A stretch of DNA of 64,000 bases, from positions 21,898 to 85,897 of the forward strand of contig JAJCYS010000008.1 in NCBI GenBank assembly GCA_029262815.1. Reading direction: 5' to 3'. Source of the DNA: Deltaproteobacteria bacterium (GTDB taxonomy: Bacteria > Bdellovibrionota > JAJCYS01). Under the pieces are notes generated by a model. That model made no database searches and was not told the origin of the DNA. It worked only from the letters and a program-made list of their open reading frames with translations. Shown here piece after piece: positions 1-9,680 of this stretch (position 1 is its first letter; each line of letters starts with the position of its first letter). A program made the position numbers and the translations under genes.

Positions 1-511
1 ATAAAGATACCAAGGATTGCTCTTCTGAAGATTGCTCTAGTTCCTTGAGGATACGTAATGCTTTGGGATAGGCCTTCTGGGAAGCAAACACAAGGGCCAA
101 CTGCAATTTCGCTTCTGTGTGACCTGGATCAAGCCCAACGGCTCGCTCAAGTATTGCTATTGCCTGCTCTTTTTCATTCAGCATGATGTGCGCCTTACCG
201 AGCATAAGCAAGATCTCAATATTCACCACTTCTCTGGCTAGCAGATCTTTCAAAGTCTTTTTGGCCTGGATAAATGCGCCACGCTCTAAATAAGATTGGG
301 CAAGGGCATACTGTAGGTACCAACTGCCTGGATCTTTTTTGATGGCTTCTAGAAGCTCTGCTTCGCTATCTAAGACTTTTCCTGGCTCAAAAAAGAGCAT
401 TTGGCTCTTCAAAAAGTGTTCAAACGCATCGGAATTGGCAAGTATAGGATTCGAAAAGATAAAAAAAGATAAGAATACTAGATGTTTAAAAGAATGTTGC
501 CCTATAACCAT
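1..511 (-). CDS. TPR-repeat protein with signal peptide, N-terminal part (gene runs off window start)
   Basis: My minus-strand translation from ATG 509-511 reads MVIGQHSFKHLVFLSFFIFSNPILANS... and stays open to base 1. It has TPR-like helical repeats (LGKAHIMLNEKEQAIAILERAVGLDPGHTEAKLQLALVF). It is missing from the ORF track because there is no stop in the window. It replaces + ORF 339..566. Confidence 0.55.
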   Translation of the reverse strand, partial: MVIGQHSFKHLVFLSFFIFSNPILANSDAFEHFLKSQMLFFEPGKVLDSEAELLEAIKKDPGSWYLQYALAQSYLERGAFIQAKKTLKDLLAREVVNIEILLMLGKAHIMLNEKEQAIAILERAVGLDPGHTEAKLQLALVFASQKAYPKALRILKELEQSSEEQSLVSL

Positions 512-586
512 ATGTTGGATTCCCTGTACCCTTAAGGATCGGAAACCCCAAGAAAAAATTGACTAACACTTTCTTGACATCCAGGT

Positions 587-656
587 AGTGGCCAAGAAGT
601 TCATTATGACCCTTTGGGCCAAGGCCCAAAGGGTCATAATGAACTTCTTGGCCACT
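587..656. repeat. 70-bp perfect inverted repeat (34-bp arms, AA spacer); copy 1 of the GGCCAAGAAGTTC...ATGACCCTTT unit family
   Basis: Read directly: AGTGGCCAAGAAGTTCATTATGACCCTTTGGGCC-AA-GGCCCAAAGGGTCATAATGAACTTCTTGGCCACT. It lies in the divergent intergenic region between the TPR gene and lipA. Confidence 0.9.
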
Positions 657-744
657 CAATAGGCCGGGGTTGTGAAAAACATAAAGATATTATTTTAAAT
701 CCGGACGGCAGTAGATTAAGATCAGGGTGCCAAAAGAGGAGCAC

Positions 745-1617
745 ATGCAAACAAGAAAACCTGAGTGGTTACGTAAAAATAGAACCTTAACCCACAACAC
801 CCACCGGATTTCTGAACTATTCACCAAACACAACTTACACTCCGTATGCCACGAAGCTAGATGCCCCAACCTCCAAGAATGCTATACCCGTAAAATCGCT
901 ACATTCTTGCTCATGGGCAATATATGCACCCGAGCCTGTCGATTTTGTCAAATTCATACCCGTCGAAAGCCTGGCCCCATTGACCCGCAAGAACCTAAAA
1001 ACGTCGCTAAAGTAGCCAAAGAACTAGGCCTGAGACACGTCGTGCTGACATCCGTTACGCGAGACGATCTCCCTGATGAGGGCATTGCTCATTTCATGGA
1101 AACTATTCAGGCTTGTCGAGAGCAGATGCCTGAAGCGCGTATTGAAATCCTAACCCCTGATTTCCATGCCAACTCCGAATTGTTTGCAAAATTGGCCGAG
1201 ACACCCCCAGACATTTTTAACCACAATCTAGAAACCATAGAACGACTCCAAAAGCATATCCGCCCCTTCGCCAGTTACGAAACCTCCCTCAAAGCACTCA
1301 CCCTTGCCAAAAAAATATTCCCCAATAACGCCCTGACCAAATCTGGCCTCATGGTTGGCTTGGGTGAAACAGACGAAGAAGTACTCCAAGCCTGCCAAGA
1401 CTTGGCAGATCATGGGGTATCCATATTAACCTTAGGTCAATACTTACGCCCCAGCCAGAAGCACGAACCCGTCCATCGCTTTGTCCACCCTGATCAATTT
1501 GCTTTATACAAGAAGGAAGCCCTACAGATGGGATATAAATACGTATTTTCTGGCCCTTACGTACGCAGCTCTTACATGGCTGATTTTCAAGTAAACGAAG
1601 CAGAAAAAGCATCGTAG
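745..1617 (+). CDS. lipA: Lipoyl synthase
   Basis: Radical-SAM CxxxCxxC (CTRACRFC) plus the N-terminal auxiliary-cluster motif CHEARCPNLQEC. ATG 745 follows AGAGGAG; GTG 727 is an alternative start. Confidence 0.93.
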   Translation: MQTRKPEWLRKNRTLTHNTHRISELFTKHNLHSVCHEARCPNLQECYTRKIATFLLMGNICTRACRFCQIHTRRKPGPIDPQEPKNVAKVAKELGLRHVVLTSVTRDDLPDEGIAHFMETIQACREQMPEARIEILTPDFHANSELFAKLAETPPDIFNHNLETIERLQKHIRPFASYETSLKALTLAKKIFPNNALTKSGLMVGLGETDEEVLQACQDLADHGVSILTLGQYLRPSQKHEPVHRFVHPDQFALYKKEALQMGYKYVFSGPYVRSSYMADFQVNEAEKAS

Positions 1618-1691
1618 CAAAAAAATATCATTTGAAATATTCGCAATCTAACCCTTTACATCTCTTCGCTAGTGTTGTTTCTTATCTATCA

Positions 1692-3311
1692 ATGAAAAAA
1701 CAATTAAAACTAGTTCTGTCTATTATTTGCTTTAGCAGCACCTTTCATCTGTCAATCGCACACGCCACATCAAGTTCTTGTCCTAACGATGATAGAAATA
1801 GCACGGTTGTTTTAAAACATTTTTTTGAAATTTCTAAAATCTACCGTGCCACATACCATGAACAACAAATAATCAATTATCTCACCGCGATCGCAATCAC
1901 AAATCACCTTTCGTATCGAATGGATGGTGGGAACCTTGCGGTGTATGTACCTGGCAAAGGTGAACACGCAAATCGTCCAACCGTCGCCTTGCAGTCCCAT
2001 GTGGATATGATTGTCAAACACACCGGAATTAAAACAAAAAACATAAACGAGCGTAACTTTCAAATTGATTTTGTTAAAACAGACGGGTTGATCCATTCTC
2101 GAGATTATAAAACCACCATTGGAGCTGATAACGGCTTGGGTGTCGCTACTATGATGCTTTTTATGGATCAAACAAACACGTCCATTAAACACCATCCTCC
2201 TTTAGAACTTATATTCACTGTTGCCGAAGAAACAGGTATGGAGGGTATAGCCAAACTCAAAAATATTAAATCAAAGACTCTGATCAATCTTGATAAAGAC
2301 CGGTATGGTGTTGTGTGTATGGGGTGTGTCGGTATTAAATCATTCAATATTAGTCACGCGGAACTCCCTACTACAAAAGTCCCTAACGAATTTGTCCAAG
2401 CGACAGTTTCACTAACAGGGCTCAAAGGCGGACATGGGGGATCTGATACACCTACAGGTCGTGCAAATGCTGTAAACCTACTTACTGGTTATCTAAATGG
2501 GGTTTTTGAATCCAGTCCTAATACACTGGTGATTCATGCTGAATCAGGGGAACTTGGGTCCACAAGCGCTATTCCAACTAGTTTTAAACTCAAATTAGCC
2601 ATTCCTCAAAAGGAGTATGGACAGCTCGAAATTCTGGCTCAGAAATTTTTAGTTAATCTAACACAAAAGTATGGCTCTTTGCTGAACGCAGAAACCAAAG
2701 AATTAGTAGAAGAAATCACGAAAATAAACCTCACATTCGAAAGCTCAAAACCAGAGCAGAAAGAAGAACTTGCTATTGCCAGACCCAAAATGCAGGAACT
2801 CCTTTCTCATCTCAATGAACTACCTCAAGGCATTCTAACTAAAGATGATGCGTACCCATTTCAGGCACATACATTTTCAAACACAAGTTTTGTAAAAATT
2901 GAGGCAACCCAATCAGGCGGTACGTTCTCCACCTCACTCATGGCACGATCATTCAAGGCAGATTCACTTGAAACAATTGAGGCAAAACTCAATTCTCAGC
3001 TTAATGCTTCAAACTACCATGTTAAAAACATTGTCACCCTGCCGCCCTGGACGCCCAATTTTGACTCTTGGCTGCTGAAGCTCTTTTTATCGAAGCACAA
3101 TACGTTTAAGCCTGAACTTTATTTAGCTGGTATCGAACCCGCTTATCTAGCTCAGTTATTTCCAGATCTCCATATGATTTCCATGGGCTTTGATATCTTC
3201 GATGAGCATGTGCCTACAGAAAGGTTTGACCCCAAAACAGTCCATAAGCTGGTTGTAGTTTTAGAGCAGTTTCTAAACGAACTGGGTAAGGCGCCAGAAC
3301 TGAATCAGTAA
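1692..3311 (+). CDS. Exported M20-family dipeptidase (PepD / aminoacyl-histidine dipeptidase-like)
   Basis: M20 motifs LQSHVDM, GADNGLG and FTVAEETGMEG. ATG 1692 gives a signal-peptide-like N-terminus, MKKQLKLVLSIICFSSTFHLSIAHA. The track start at 1632 is TTG. Confidence 0.75.
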   Translation: MKKQLKLVLSIICFSSTFHLSIAHATSSSCPNDDRNSTVVLKHFFEISKIYRATYHEQQIINYLTAIAITNHLSYRMDGGNLAVYVPGKGEHANRPTVALQSHVDMIVKHTGIKTKNINERNFQIDFVKTDGLIHSRDYKTTIGADNGLGVATMMLFMDQTNTSIKHHPPLELIFTVAEETGMEGIAKLKNIKSKTLINLDKDRYGVVCMGCVGIKSFNISHAELPTTKVPNEFVQATVSLTGLKGGHGGSDTPTGRANAVNLLTGYLNGVFESSPNTLVIHAESGELGSTSAIPTSFKLKLAIPQKEYGQLEILAQKFLVNLTQKYGSLLNAETKELVEEITKINLTFESSKPEQKEELAIARPKMQELLSHLNELPQGILTKDDAYPFQAHTFSNTSFVKIEATQSGGTFSTSLMARSFKADSLETIEAKLNSQLNASNYHVKNIVTLPPWTPNFDSWLLKLFLSKHNTFKPELYLAGIEPAYLAQLFPDLHMISMGFDIFDEHVPTERFDPKTVHKLVVVLEQFLNELGKAPELNQ

Positions 3312-3316
3312 GTAAA

Positions 3317-4234
3317 TCAGAAGGCGGAAAAACGCTCACTGATTTCTTTATATTCTTCCTCTTTGAATTTTTGGATTTGGCTAAATATCCACTGCGAAAG
3401 TTGTGCGTTCAAACTATGGCCACTTCGCACATACTCGATCGTGCCATGAAGCACCACACCGCAAAGCGCTAGATCGCCGATAGCATCACAAACTTTGTGA
3501 CGCACAAACTCATCTGTATACCTCAAAGGTTCTTTATTTAAAATGCCATCGTCCGTCAAAATAATAGCATTCTCTTCAGACGAACCCTGAGCTAGCCCTT
3601 GAGCATGCAACGCTTTGGCATCTTTTAAAAACCCGAAGGTCCGTGCACGCGCGATTTCTTGCTCGTAATGCTGAGGCGTAAACACAAAGTCATAGGTTTG
3701 CTCTTGAACCATAGGGTGTGAATAAGCAATGCGAAAAATGATCCGCAAATAAGGTTTTTCATTTGGAACATACCGTATGTACCCGCCTTTCTTCCGAAAT
3801 ACGGCCGGTTCAGAAAGCACTAGAAATACTTTGCTTTTAGCATACTGATGAATCCCTACACGTTTGATTTCATCAACATAAGGACCCGCACTTCCATCAA
3901 CAATAGGCACCTCATCTCCTTCAACCGTGATAAGGGCATTATCTACACCCATGCCATACAACGCTGAAAGCAAATGCTCTACGGTTTTTACTGATGAATT
4001 ACCGTTTTTGCCAATACAAGTGGCAAGCTCAAAAGGTACCGCTTGTGTAACAAGAGCTGGAAAGTATACGACTTGCCCCCCTTTTCGATGAGCAACCCAT
4101 ACTCCTGAGTCAACAGGTAAGGGCGAAACCCGAACCTTGCAGAAATGTCCCCCATGTACACCTATGCCTTCAACTGTAAATGAGGACTTCAGTGTGCACT
4201 GAAATCGCATATGTAAGGCGCTCAAATCATCCAT
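3317..4234 (-). CDS. lpxC: UDP-3-O-acyl-N-acetylglucosamine deacetylase
   Basis: Motifs VEHLLSALYGMGVDN and EFVRHKVCDAIGDLAL. ATG 4234 has AAGGAG upstream; the track start at 4243 is TTG. Confidence 0.92.
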   Translation of the reverse strand: MDDLSALHMRFQCTLKSSFTVEGIGVHGGHFCKVRVSPLPVDSGVWVAHRKGGQVVYFPALVTQAVPFELATCIGKNGNSSVKTVEHLLSALYGMGVDNALITVEGDEVPIVDGSAGPYVDEIKRVGIHQYAKSKVFLVLSEPAVFRKKGGYIRYVPNEKPYLRIIFRIAYSHPMVQEQTYDFVFTPQHYEQEIARARTFGFLKDAKALHAQGLAQGSSEENAIILTDDGILNKEPLRYTDEFVRHKVCDAIGDLALCGVVLHGTIEYVRSGHSLNAQLSQWIFSQIQKFKEEEYKEISERFSAF

Positions 4235-4387
4235 GACCCTCAAACTCCTTCAATTATTTAGTGGAAAAAACGTGGTTTTCTTTTCAGAATATTTATATTC
4301 AATAATACTATTTTAACGTGTTACATTAGTAACTTACAGCTTTAACATGCATAATTTGAGGAAGAACTCTAATTTCGGGCGTCAATC

Positions 4388-6772
4388 ATGGGCTACGAGC
4401 ATCTCAAAATTGAACAAAAATGGCAAAAGCACTGGGAAACACACCAAACCTTTAAAGTCGAAGACACCTCAGAAAAACCTAAATACTATGTCCTAGATAT
4501 GTTCCCCTACCCGTCTGCTAATGGGTTGCATGTGGGACATCTTGAGGGATATACCGCATCTGACATTGTTGCGCGATATAAACGGATGGCTGGATTTCAC
4601 GTTCTACACCCTATGGGTTGGGATAGCTTTGGATTGCCTACCGAAAACTATGCCATACAAGTCAAGCGACACCCAGCTGATATTACAAAAGAGAATATTG
4701 CCCAGTTCAAGAGGCAAATTAAGTCCGTGGGATTCAACTACGATTGGTCAAGAGAGATTACAACCTCAAACCCTGACTATTATAAGTGGACACAGTGGTT
4801 GTTTTTGAAGCTCTACGAAAAGGGCTTAGCCTACGAAGCGGAGATGACCGTCAACTACTGCCCTGAGCTCAAAATTGTCCTTGCAAACGAAGAAGTCATA
4901 GATGGCAAAAGTGAGCGCGGCAACCATCCTGTGACCCGTGTCCCAATGAAACAATGGGTGCTCAAAATCACAGCCTATGCGGACCGCCTGCTCGAAGATC
5001 TTGACGATTTGGATTGGCCCGACCACGTCAAAGAGATGCAACGGAATTGGATTGGCAAAAGTTATGGATCACGCATTACCTTTAATTTAAAATCACACCC
5101 TGGACTATCAACTGACGTGTATACAACCCGGCCCGACACGTTGATGGGGTCAACATTTTTAGTACTGGCTGCTGAGCATCCACTCGTGGATCAGGTCCTC
5201 GATAAAGCCACACCAGAAGCAAAAGCAATCATCCAAAAAATTCGCAATCAAAGTGAGCGCGAACGGGAAAGCGACACCAAGCAAAAACTTGGTACTCCGC
5301 TACCCATCGAAGCAGAGCATCCTATAACGGGGAACCCGCTCCCTGTTTGGGTTGCCAATTATGTGCTACTGAACTATGGCACGGGCGCTATTATGGCTGT
5401 CCCAGCCCATGATGAACGAGATCACGAATTTGCGAAAAGTTACGACCTGCCCATTATTCAAGTCATCAACGAAGATGGCATCTTGCACAATTCAGATCAA
5501 TTCGATGGATTAGAGTCTAAAAAAGCCAAACAAGCGATCACAGCTGAGCTCATTAAAAAAAATCTGGGCAAACAAGAAGTCCGGTATCGACTTCGGGATT
5601 GGATTTTCTCACGCCAACGCTACTGGGGCGAGCCCATCCCACTGTTACATTTTGAAGATGGTACGTGTCGGCCTTTAGAAGCAGATGAATTACCTCTCAC
5701 GCTCCCTGAAGTTGAAAGTTATGAACCAGCGGGAGATGGCAAATCCCCCCTCAGTACAATCCCAGAATGGGTGCACATCACTGACCCCAAAACAAAAAAA
5801 CAGGCTGAACGTGAAACACACACCATGCCCCAATGGGCAGGTAGCTGCTGGTATTATCTGAGGTACATTGATCCCAAAAATACAGAAGCCCCTTGGGATC
5901 CGAAAAAAGAAGCCTATTGGCTTCCCGTGGATTTATATATTGGTGGCGTAGAGCACGCAACGCTCCATCTCCTATATGCCCGTTTTTGGCACAAGGTGTT
6001 TCATGACTGTGGCCTCGTTTCTTCAACGGAGCCGTTCAAAAAACTAGTCAATCAAGGCATGATCTTGGGTGAAGACAACGAGAAGATGTCCAAAAGCCGA
6101 GGCAACGTAGTGAATCCCGATATCATTGTTGAAGAGTTTGGCGCCGACAGCGTGCGGCTCTATGAAATGTTTATGGGGCCACTCGAAATGGTTAAGCCCT
6201 GGAATACACGAGGTATATTAGGCGTCAATCGATTCCTTCACAGACTGTACACCATCATCGAAGGTACGCCTCATGTCCTACTCCATGATGACTCAGCCCC
6301 TACCGAGGCTGAAACAAAGGGGCTCCACAAATGTATTCAAAAAGTTACCGCTGATATTGAAAATTTCAAATTCAATACGGCTATTTCAGAAATGATGTCA
6401 TTTATAAATTTTCTGTATGAGCAAAAACAAGCACACAAGAACACATTGAGCACCTTCGTCACGTTACTTTCTCCATTTGCTCCCCATATCAGTGAAGAGA
6501 TTTGGGAACAACTGGGTCATCAGCCTTGCCTCTCTTTAGCGGACTGGCCTGTATATAATCCTGAATTCATTAAAGAGGATTTGGCTACCATTCCAGTTCA
6601 AGTGAATGGCAAATTAAAAGGCACTGTTTCAGCAGATCCGAATGCTTCCAAAGAGGATCTCTTGGAGTTAGTTGCTCAAGATGAACGACTCGCTAAGTGG
6701 CTGACCCACGAGGGACGTATCAAAACGATCATCGTCCCCAATAAAATTGTCAACATCGTCATCAAATCTTGA
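4388..6772 (+). CDS. leuS: Leucyl-tRNA synthetase
   Basis: 794 aa. Class I motifs HVGH and KMSKS, with LeuRS-type CP1 and anticodon-binding regions. Confidence 0.97.
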   Translation: MGYEHLKIEQKWQKHWETHQTFKVEDTSEKPKYYVLDMFPYPSANGLHVGHLEGYTASDIVARYKRMAGFHVLHPMGWDSFGLPTENYAIQVKRHPADITKENIAQFKRQIKSVGFNYDWSREITTSNPDYYKWTQWLFLKLYEKGLAYEAEMTVNYCPELKIVLANEEVIDGKSERGNHPVTRVPMKQWVLKITAYADRLLEDLDDLDWPDHVKEMQRNWIGKSYGSRITFNLKSHPGLSTDVYTTRPDTLMGSTFLVLAAEHPLVDQVLDKATPEAKAIIQKIRNQSERERESDTKQKLGTPLPIEAEHPITGNPLPVWVANYVLLNYGTGAIMAVPAHDERDHEFAKSYDLPIIQVINEDGILHNSDQFDGLESKKAKQAITAELIKKNLGKQEVRYRLRDWIFSRQRYWGEPIPLLHFEDGTCRPLEADELPLTLPEVESYEPAGDGKSPLSTIPEWVHITDPKTKKQAERETHTMPQWAGSCWYYLRYIDPKNTEAPWDPKKEAYWLPVDLYIGGVEHATLHLLYARFWHKVFHDCGLVSSTEPFKKLVNQGMILGEDNEKMSKSRGNVVNPDIIVEEFGADSVRLYEMFMGPLEMVKPWNTRGILGVNRFLHRLYTIIEGTPHVLLHDDSAPTEAETKGLHKCIQKVTADIENFKFNTAISEMMSFINFLYEQKQAHKNTLSTFVTLLSPFAPHISEEIWEQLGHQPCLSLADWPVYNPEFIKEDLATIPVQVNGKLKGTVSADPNASKEDLLELVAQDERLAKWLTHEGRIKTIIVPNKIVNIVIKS

Positions 6773-6825
6773 GATGGCTTCGTCGGACCGGGGCACAAGT
6801 GCCCACGGTTCTCCTCGGTAATGAC
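6771..6825. repeat. Small dispersed element (GAGATGGCTTCGTCGG ... TAATGAC) containing a GC hairpin; probable bidirectional terminator between convergent leuS and the HD-GYP gene
   Basis: The ends match the element at 38876-38911 (GAGATTGCTTCGTCGG...GCAATGAC). The internal hairpin CCGGGGCAC-AA-GTGCCCaCGG is at 6788-6808. Confidence 0.6.
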
Positions 6826-6835
6826 GGGATTCTAA

Positions 6836-7489
6836 TTAGGCGGCTTTTTTCTCTTCTACTTCATCAGCGTAGATAACACCTTTGCCATATCGGTGTTCTA
6901 ACCATACAACGAGTGCTTCAACGACTTGCCCATCAAACTGCTTATCCACATGAGCCTGAAACTCTCCAACGATTCCAGATAGAGACTTTTGTACAGCATA
7001 ACTCCTGCCACTCCATAAAACATCAAACACATCCGCAACAGAAACAATCCGGGTCATCAAATCAACATCGGCCCACTTTTTATATTGGTCCCCGATTGCA
7101 GTTATAGGATATCCTTGCCCATCAGGCCTAAGATGATGGTCTCGTACCATCCGTGCAAAGGGTTGCAAAATACCCCACTGATTTACAAATTGATAACCAA
7201 GCTCGGCGTGGGTTTGCATACAGCGAAATTCATCCGCTGTTAAAAAACCTTTTTTCTTTAAGATAGAATCCGGAATACTAATTTTACCGACATCATGGAG
7301 CAACCCACCTAAGTACAACGCTTCACACACATCGTGAGACAGCCCCATTTGCACGCCTAACTCTTTGGCATATTCACCGACACGTCTGGAGTGATCTGCT
7401 GTGTATGAATCTTTTGCCGACAAAAGCTGGATAACCATCTCAACGGTTTCGTACACACCAAGCACTTCCATACACAACCCCCTAAGCAT
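6836..7489 (-). CDS. Stand-alone HD-GYP domain phosphohydrolase (putative c-di-GMP phosphodiesterase)
   Basis: HD motif (GGLLHDVGK) and HHLRPDGQGYP (HHExxDGxGYP-like). There is no receiver or sensor domain. The start could also be ATG 7471. Confidence 0.8.
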   Translation of the reverse strand: MLRGLCMEVLGVYETVEMVIQLLSAKDSYTADHSRRVGEYAKELGVQMGLSHDVCEALYLGGLLHDVGKISIPDSILKKKGFLTADEFRCMQTHAELGYQFVNQWGILQPFARMVRDHHLRPDGQGYPITAIGDQYKKWADVDLMTRIVSVADVFDVLWSGRSYAVQKSLSGIVGEFQAHVDKQFDGQVVEALVVWLEHRYGKGVIYADEVEEKKAA

Positions 7490-7580
7490 ACGCTTATCGG
7501 CTAAAATGAAGATTTTCTTTACGGAAAAAAGATGTTTTTATTTTAAATAGTTAAGGCCTAAAAGTAGCTTCTATAGGACA

Positions 7581-9137
7581 TTAATGAACAGATGCCTGGT
7601 GTAATACTTTGAGCTCAATAGACTTCCCAAACACCGATTCGAACGCAGGCGCTACAAGATCAAAAACACGTTTTTCTTCACTGAGCTGAACGGGATTTTC
7701 CGAAGAAACAGCTAACTCGTAAACCAAGTCATCCTTTAATACGATATCTTGAAAAGTAACCAATCCCAGCCGTTGATGATCAAGCGCATCCGCAATTTTC
7801 AAAATAACCAAACTCACTGAGAACATGTAATACTCTGAAGGTGACACCCCGTCTTTTTGAGCTTCATCACAGCAGGGCAGTCTGGCGTTTTTTCGGTGAA
7901 ATTTAGCCAAAAGTGCAATCCACTCCGTTTCGCGATCGGAAAACACCGGAGATTGAGACTGTCGAATGACATAAGCACTATGGTTGTGATGATTCGTGTA
8001 ATTAATAAAATGGCCAATATCATGCAACACGGCTGCTGCTCTCAATACCAAAAGATAGTCTTCAGAACACTGGATCTCACCGAGTTCCACCCACTTGTGA
8101 AACAACTGGGCCACCAGCTGCTCAACACGTTTAGCATGAGGTATATCCCCAGCATATTTTTCAAGCAACCCAAACGCCCAATCCAACTTGGCTTCGTTAA
8201 ATCGCTCAACAGTTAGATTCTCGAACTTAGCCCCTTGTTGAATCATATTTTCTAGTGCCATCCCATCTCGCAACCCTACCTCTGCGCGAAATAGTTGTTG
8301 AAAACCTGACATCACCATCAATTGAGACAAAATAATACATCCCGGCATCAAAATTTCAGATCGATTGCGTTCAATCGCAAATTTTTCCTGAAGCTCTGGC
8401 GGCGTAAGATCCCTGTTTCCATCTATAAACGCTTCTAACTCTTGAAATGCAATGGGCTCATCTTGTCCTTTGGCCATCAAATCAAAAATAGCGTGCAACA
8501 ATCCAGATATACCAAATACCCGGTGTGGAATCATGGTTCCCTGCCGGCTTTGAAGCGCCTTCGCATTTACCGAAACAAAGTTTCGAATATTTTGAATGCC
8601 CTGAGATGAAAGCGGAAACTCACAAAAATGCTCTAATACACGAACCGTCCCAATAGGCATACTAATCCCATCGATAAATCCATGATTGTGATACCAAAAA
8701 ACCTCCGTACTCCCTCCGCCAATATCTATCCCAGCATAGATTAAATTACGAGGTGCTGGTCGATTCCATTGGAGTGCCAGAGAAAGTGTCCGTGCTTCTT
8801 GAGCGCCCGTTAGAGCTTTGAACCGAAGGCCGGATTTCTGTTCGACAGCATTTAAAAATTGTTGCCCGTTTGTAGCTTCGCGTACAGCACTCGTTGCAGC
8901 ACAACAAATTGTATCTACCTGAAACTCTTTTGCCTTTTTTTGATACTCTAAGAGGATTTGGGGCACTTTGCCAAGGACTTCATGTGACAAGGCCCCTTTT
9001 GAGAAAACACCAGCGCCTAGCCGAATAATGGCTCGATGTTTATAGAGAACTTGGTATTCTTCGAGTGAAAAAAATTCGTAGACAATGAACCGTATTGCAT
9101 TTGTTCCTAAATCAATACAGGCGATCCTTTTTCCCAT
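7581..9137 (-). CDS. Ppx/GppA-family phosphatase with C-terminal HD domain
   Basis: Actin-like ATPase fold signatures (IACIDLGTNAIR, DIGGGSTE) followed by an HD region (LHDIGHFINY). Confidence 0.85.
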   Translation of the reverse strand: MGKRIACIDLGTNAIRFIVYEFFSLEEYQVLYKHRAIIRLGAGVFSKGALSHEVLGKVPQILLEYQKKAKEFQVDTICCAATSAVREATNGQQFLNAVEQKSGLRFKALTGAQEARTLSLALQWNRPAPRNLIYAGIDIGGGSTEVFWYHNHGFIDGISMPIGTVRVLEHFCEFPLSSQGIQNIRNFVSVNAKALQSRQGTMIPHRVFGISGLLHAIFDLMAKGQDEPIAFQELEAFIDGNRDLTPPELQEKFAIERNRSEILMPGCIILSQLMVMSGFQQLFRAEVGLRDGMALENMIQQGAKFENLTVERFNEAKLDWAFGLLEKYAGDIPHAKRVEQLVAQLFHKWVELGEIQCSEDYLLVLRAAAVLHDIGHFINYTNHHNHSAYVIRQSQSPVFSDRETEWIALLAKFHRKNARLPCCDEAQKDGVSPSEYYMFSVSLVILKIADALDHQRLGLVTFQDIVLKDDLVYELAVSSENPVQLSEEKRVFDLVAPAFESVFGKSIELKVLHQASVH

Positions 9138-9143
9138 TATATT

Positions 9144-9395
9144 TTAATTCTGTATAGGCTTATCAAACATATTGCACCGACGGCTCTGATGGGTTGATAA
9201 ATTCTCCTCATTCACTAAATTTTCGTTCCGCAAATAACGCAAAGGATATGTATCCTGTCCCTCCCACAACAAAGCATGGCATTCAGGACAACGAAACTCT
9301 ACCTTTTCTTGTTTGGGCTGATCGGATTCAACACGGCAATGAAACCGCTTCCGGCATGTTAACGCGTCTATTTGGATATAATCCCTATCTGACAT
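9144..9395 (-). CDS. Small zinc-ribbon protein
   Basis: 83 aa with four Cys in two pairs (CRKRFHC ... CPEC). It lies 6 bp upstream of the ppx-family gene on the same strand. Confidence 0.5.
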   Translation of the reverse strand: MSDRDYIQIDALTCRKRFHCRVESDQPKQEKVEFRCPECHALLWEGQDTYPLRYLRNENLVNEENLSTHQSRRCNMFDKPIQN

Positions 9396-9530
9396 AACAC
9401 TCTCACTAGCTAACCAGGTGAAGCCATTCTACCAAACTGGCAGGTTCCTCACCACCTGAAGTTCCACATTATTGTTTTTTTACACCCCACATAGACCGAT
9501 ATTGAAGCTTTATACAAATCCTGACCCTGC

Positions 9531-9559
9531 TTGACCTAGAAAATATATTTATATATAGT
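9531..9559 (+). promoter_or_regulatory. Candidate sigma70 promoter for the pilM-like operon
   Basis: TTGACC (9531-9536), 17-nt spacer, TATAGT (9554-9559). It sits about 120 nt upstream of ATG 9681 in a 285-bp AT-rich intergenic region. Confidence 0.4.
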
Positions 9560-9680
9560 CAAGACCTGTTTTACCATACAGAGTAGGTGTGTATTTTTTA
9601 CGCTGCAGTTAAGTCAGCATCCTGTTTTGATTGTTATCCTTGTATAGATAGGGATCCATTCAAACTAAGTTGAAAATAGT

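Noticed and set aside
339-566. 75-aa + strand ORF
   Set aside because: It lies antisense to a longer open frame that encodes a TPR protein with a signal peptide (minus strand, ATG 509-511). Its composition is low-complexity and there is no SD.
9436-9455. Sigma54-like TGGCAG box upstream of the pilM-like gene
   Set aside because: The required GC of the -12 element (GG-N10-GC) is absent. Only the -24-like half matches.
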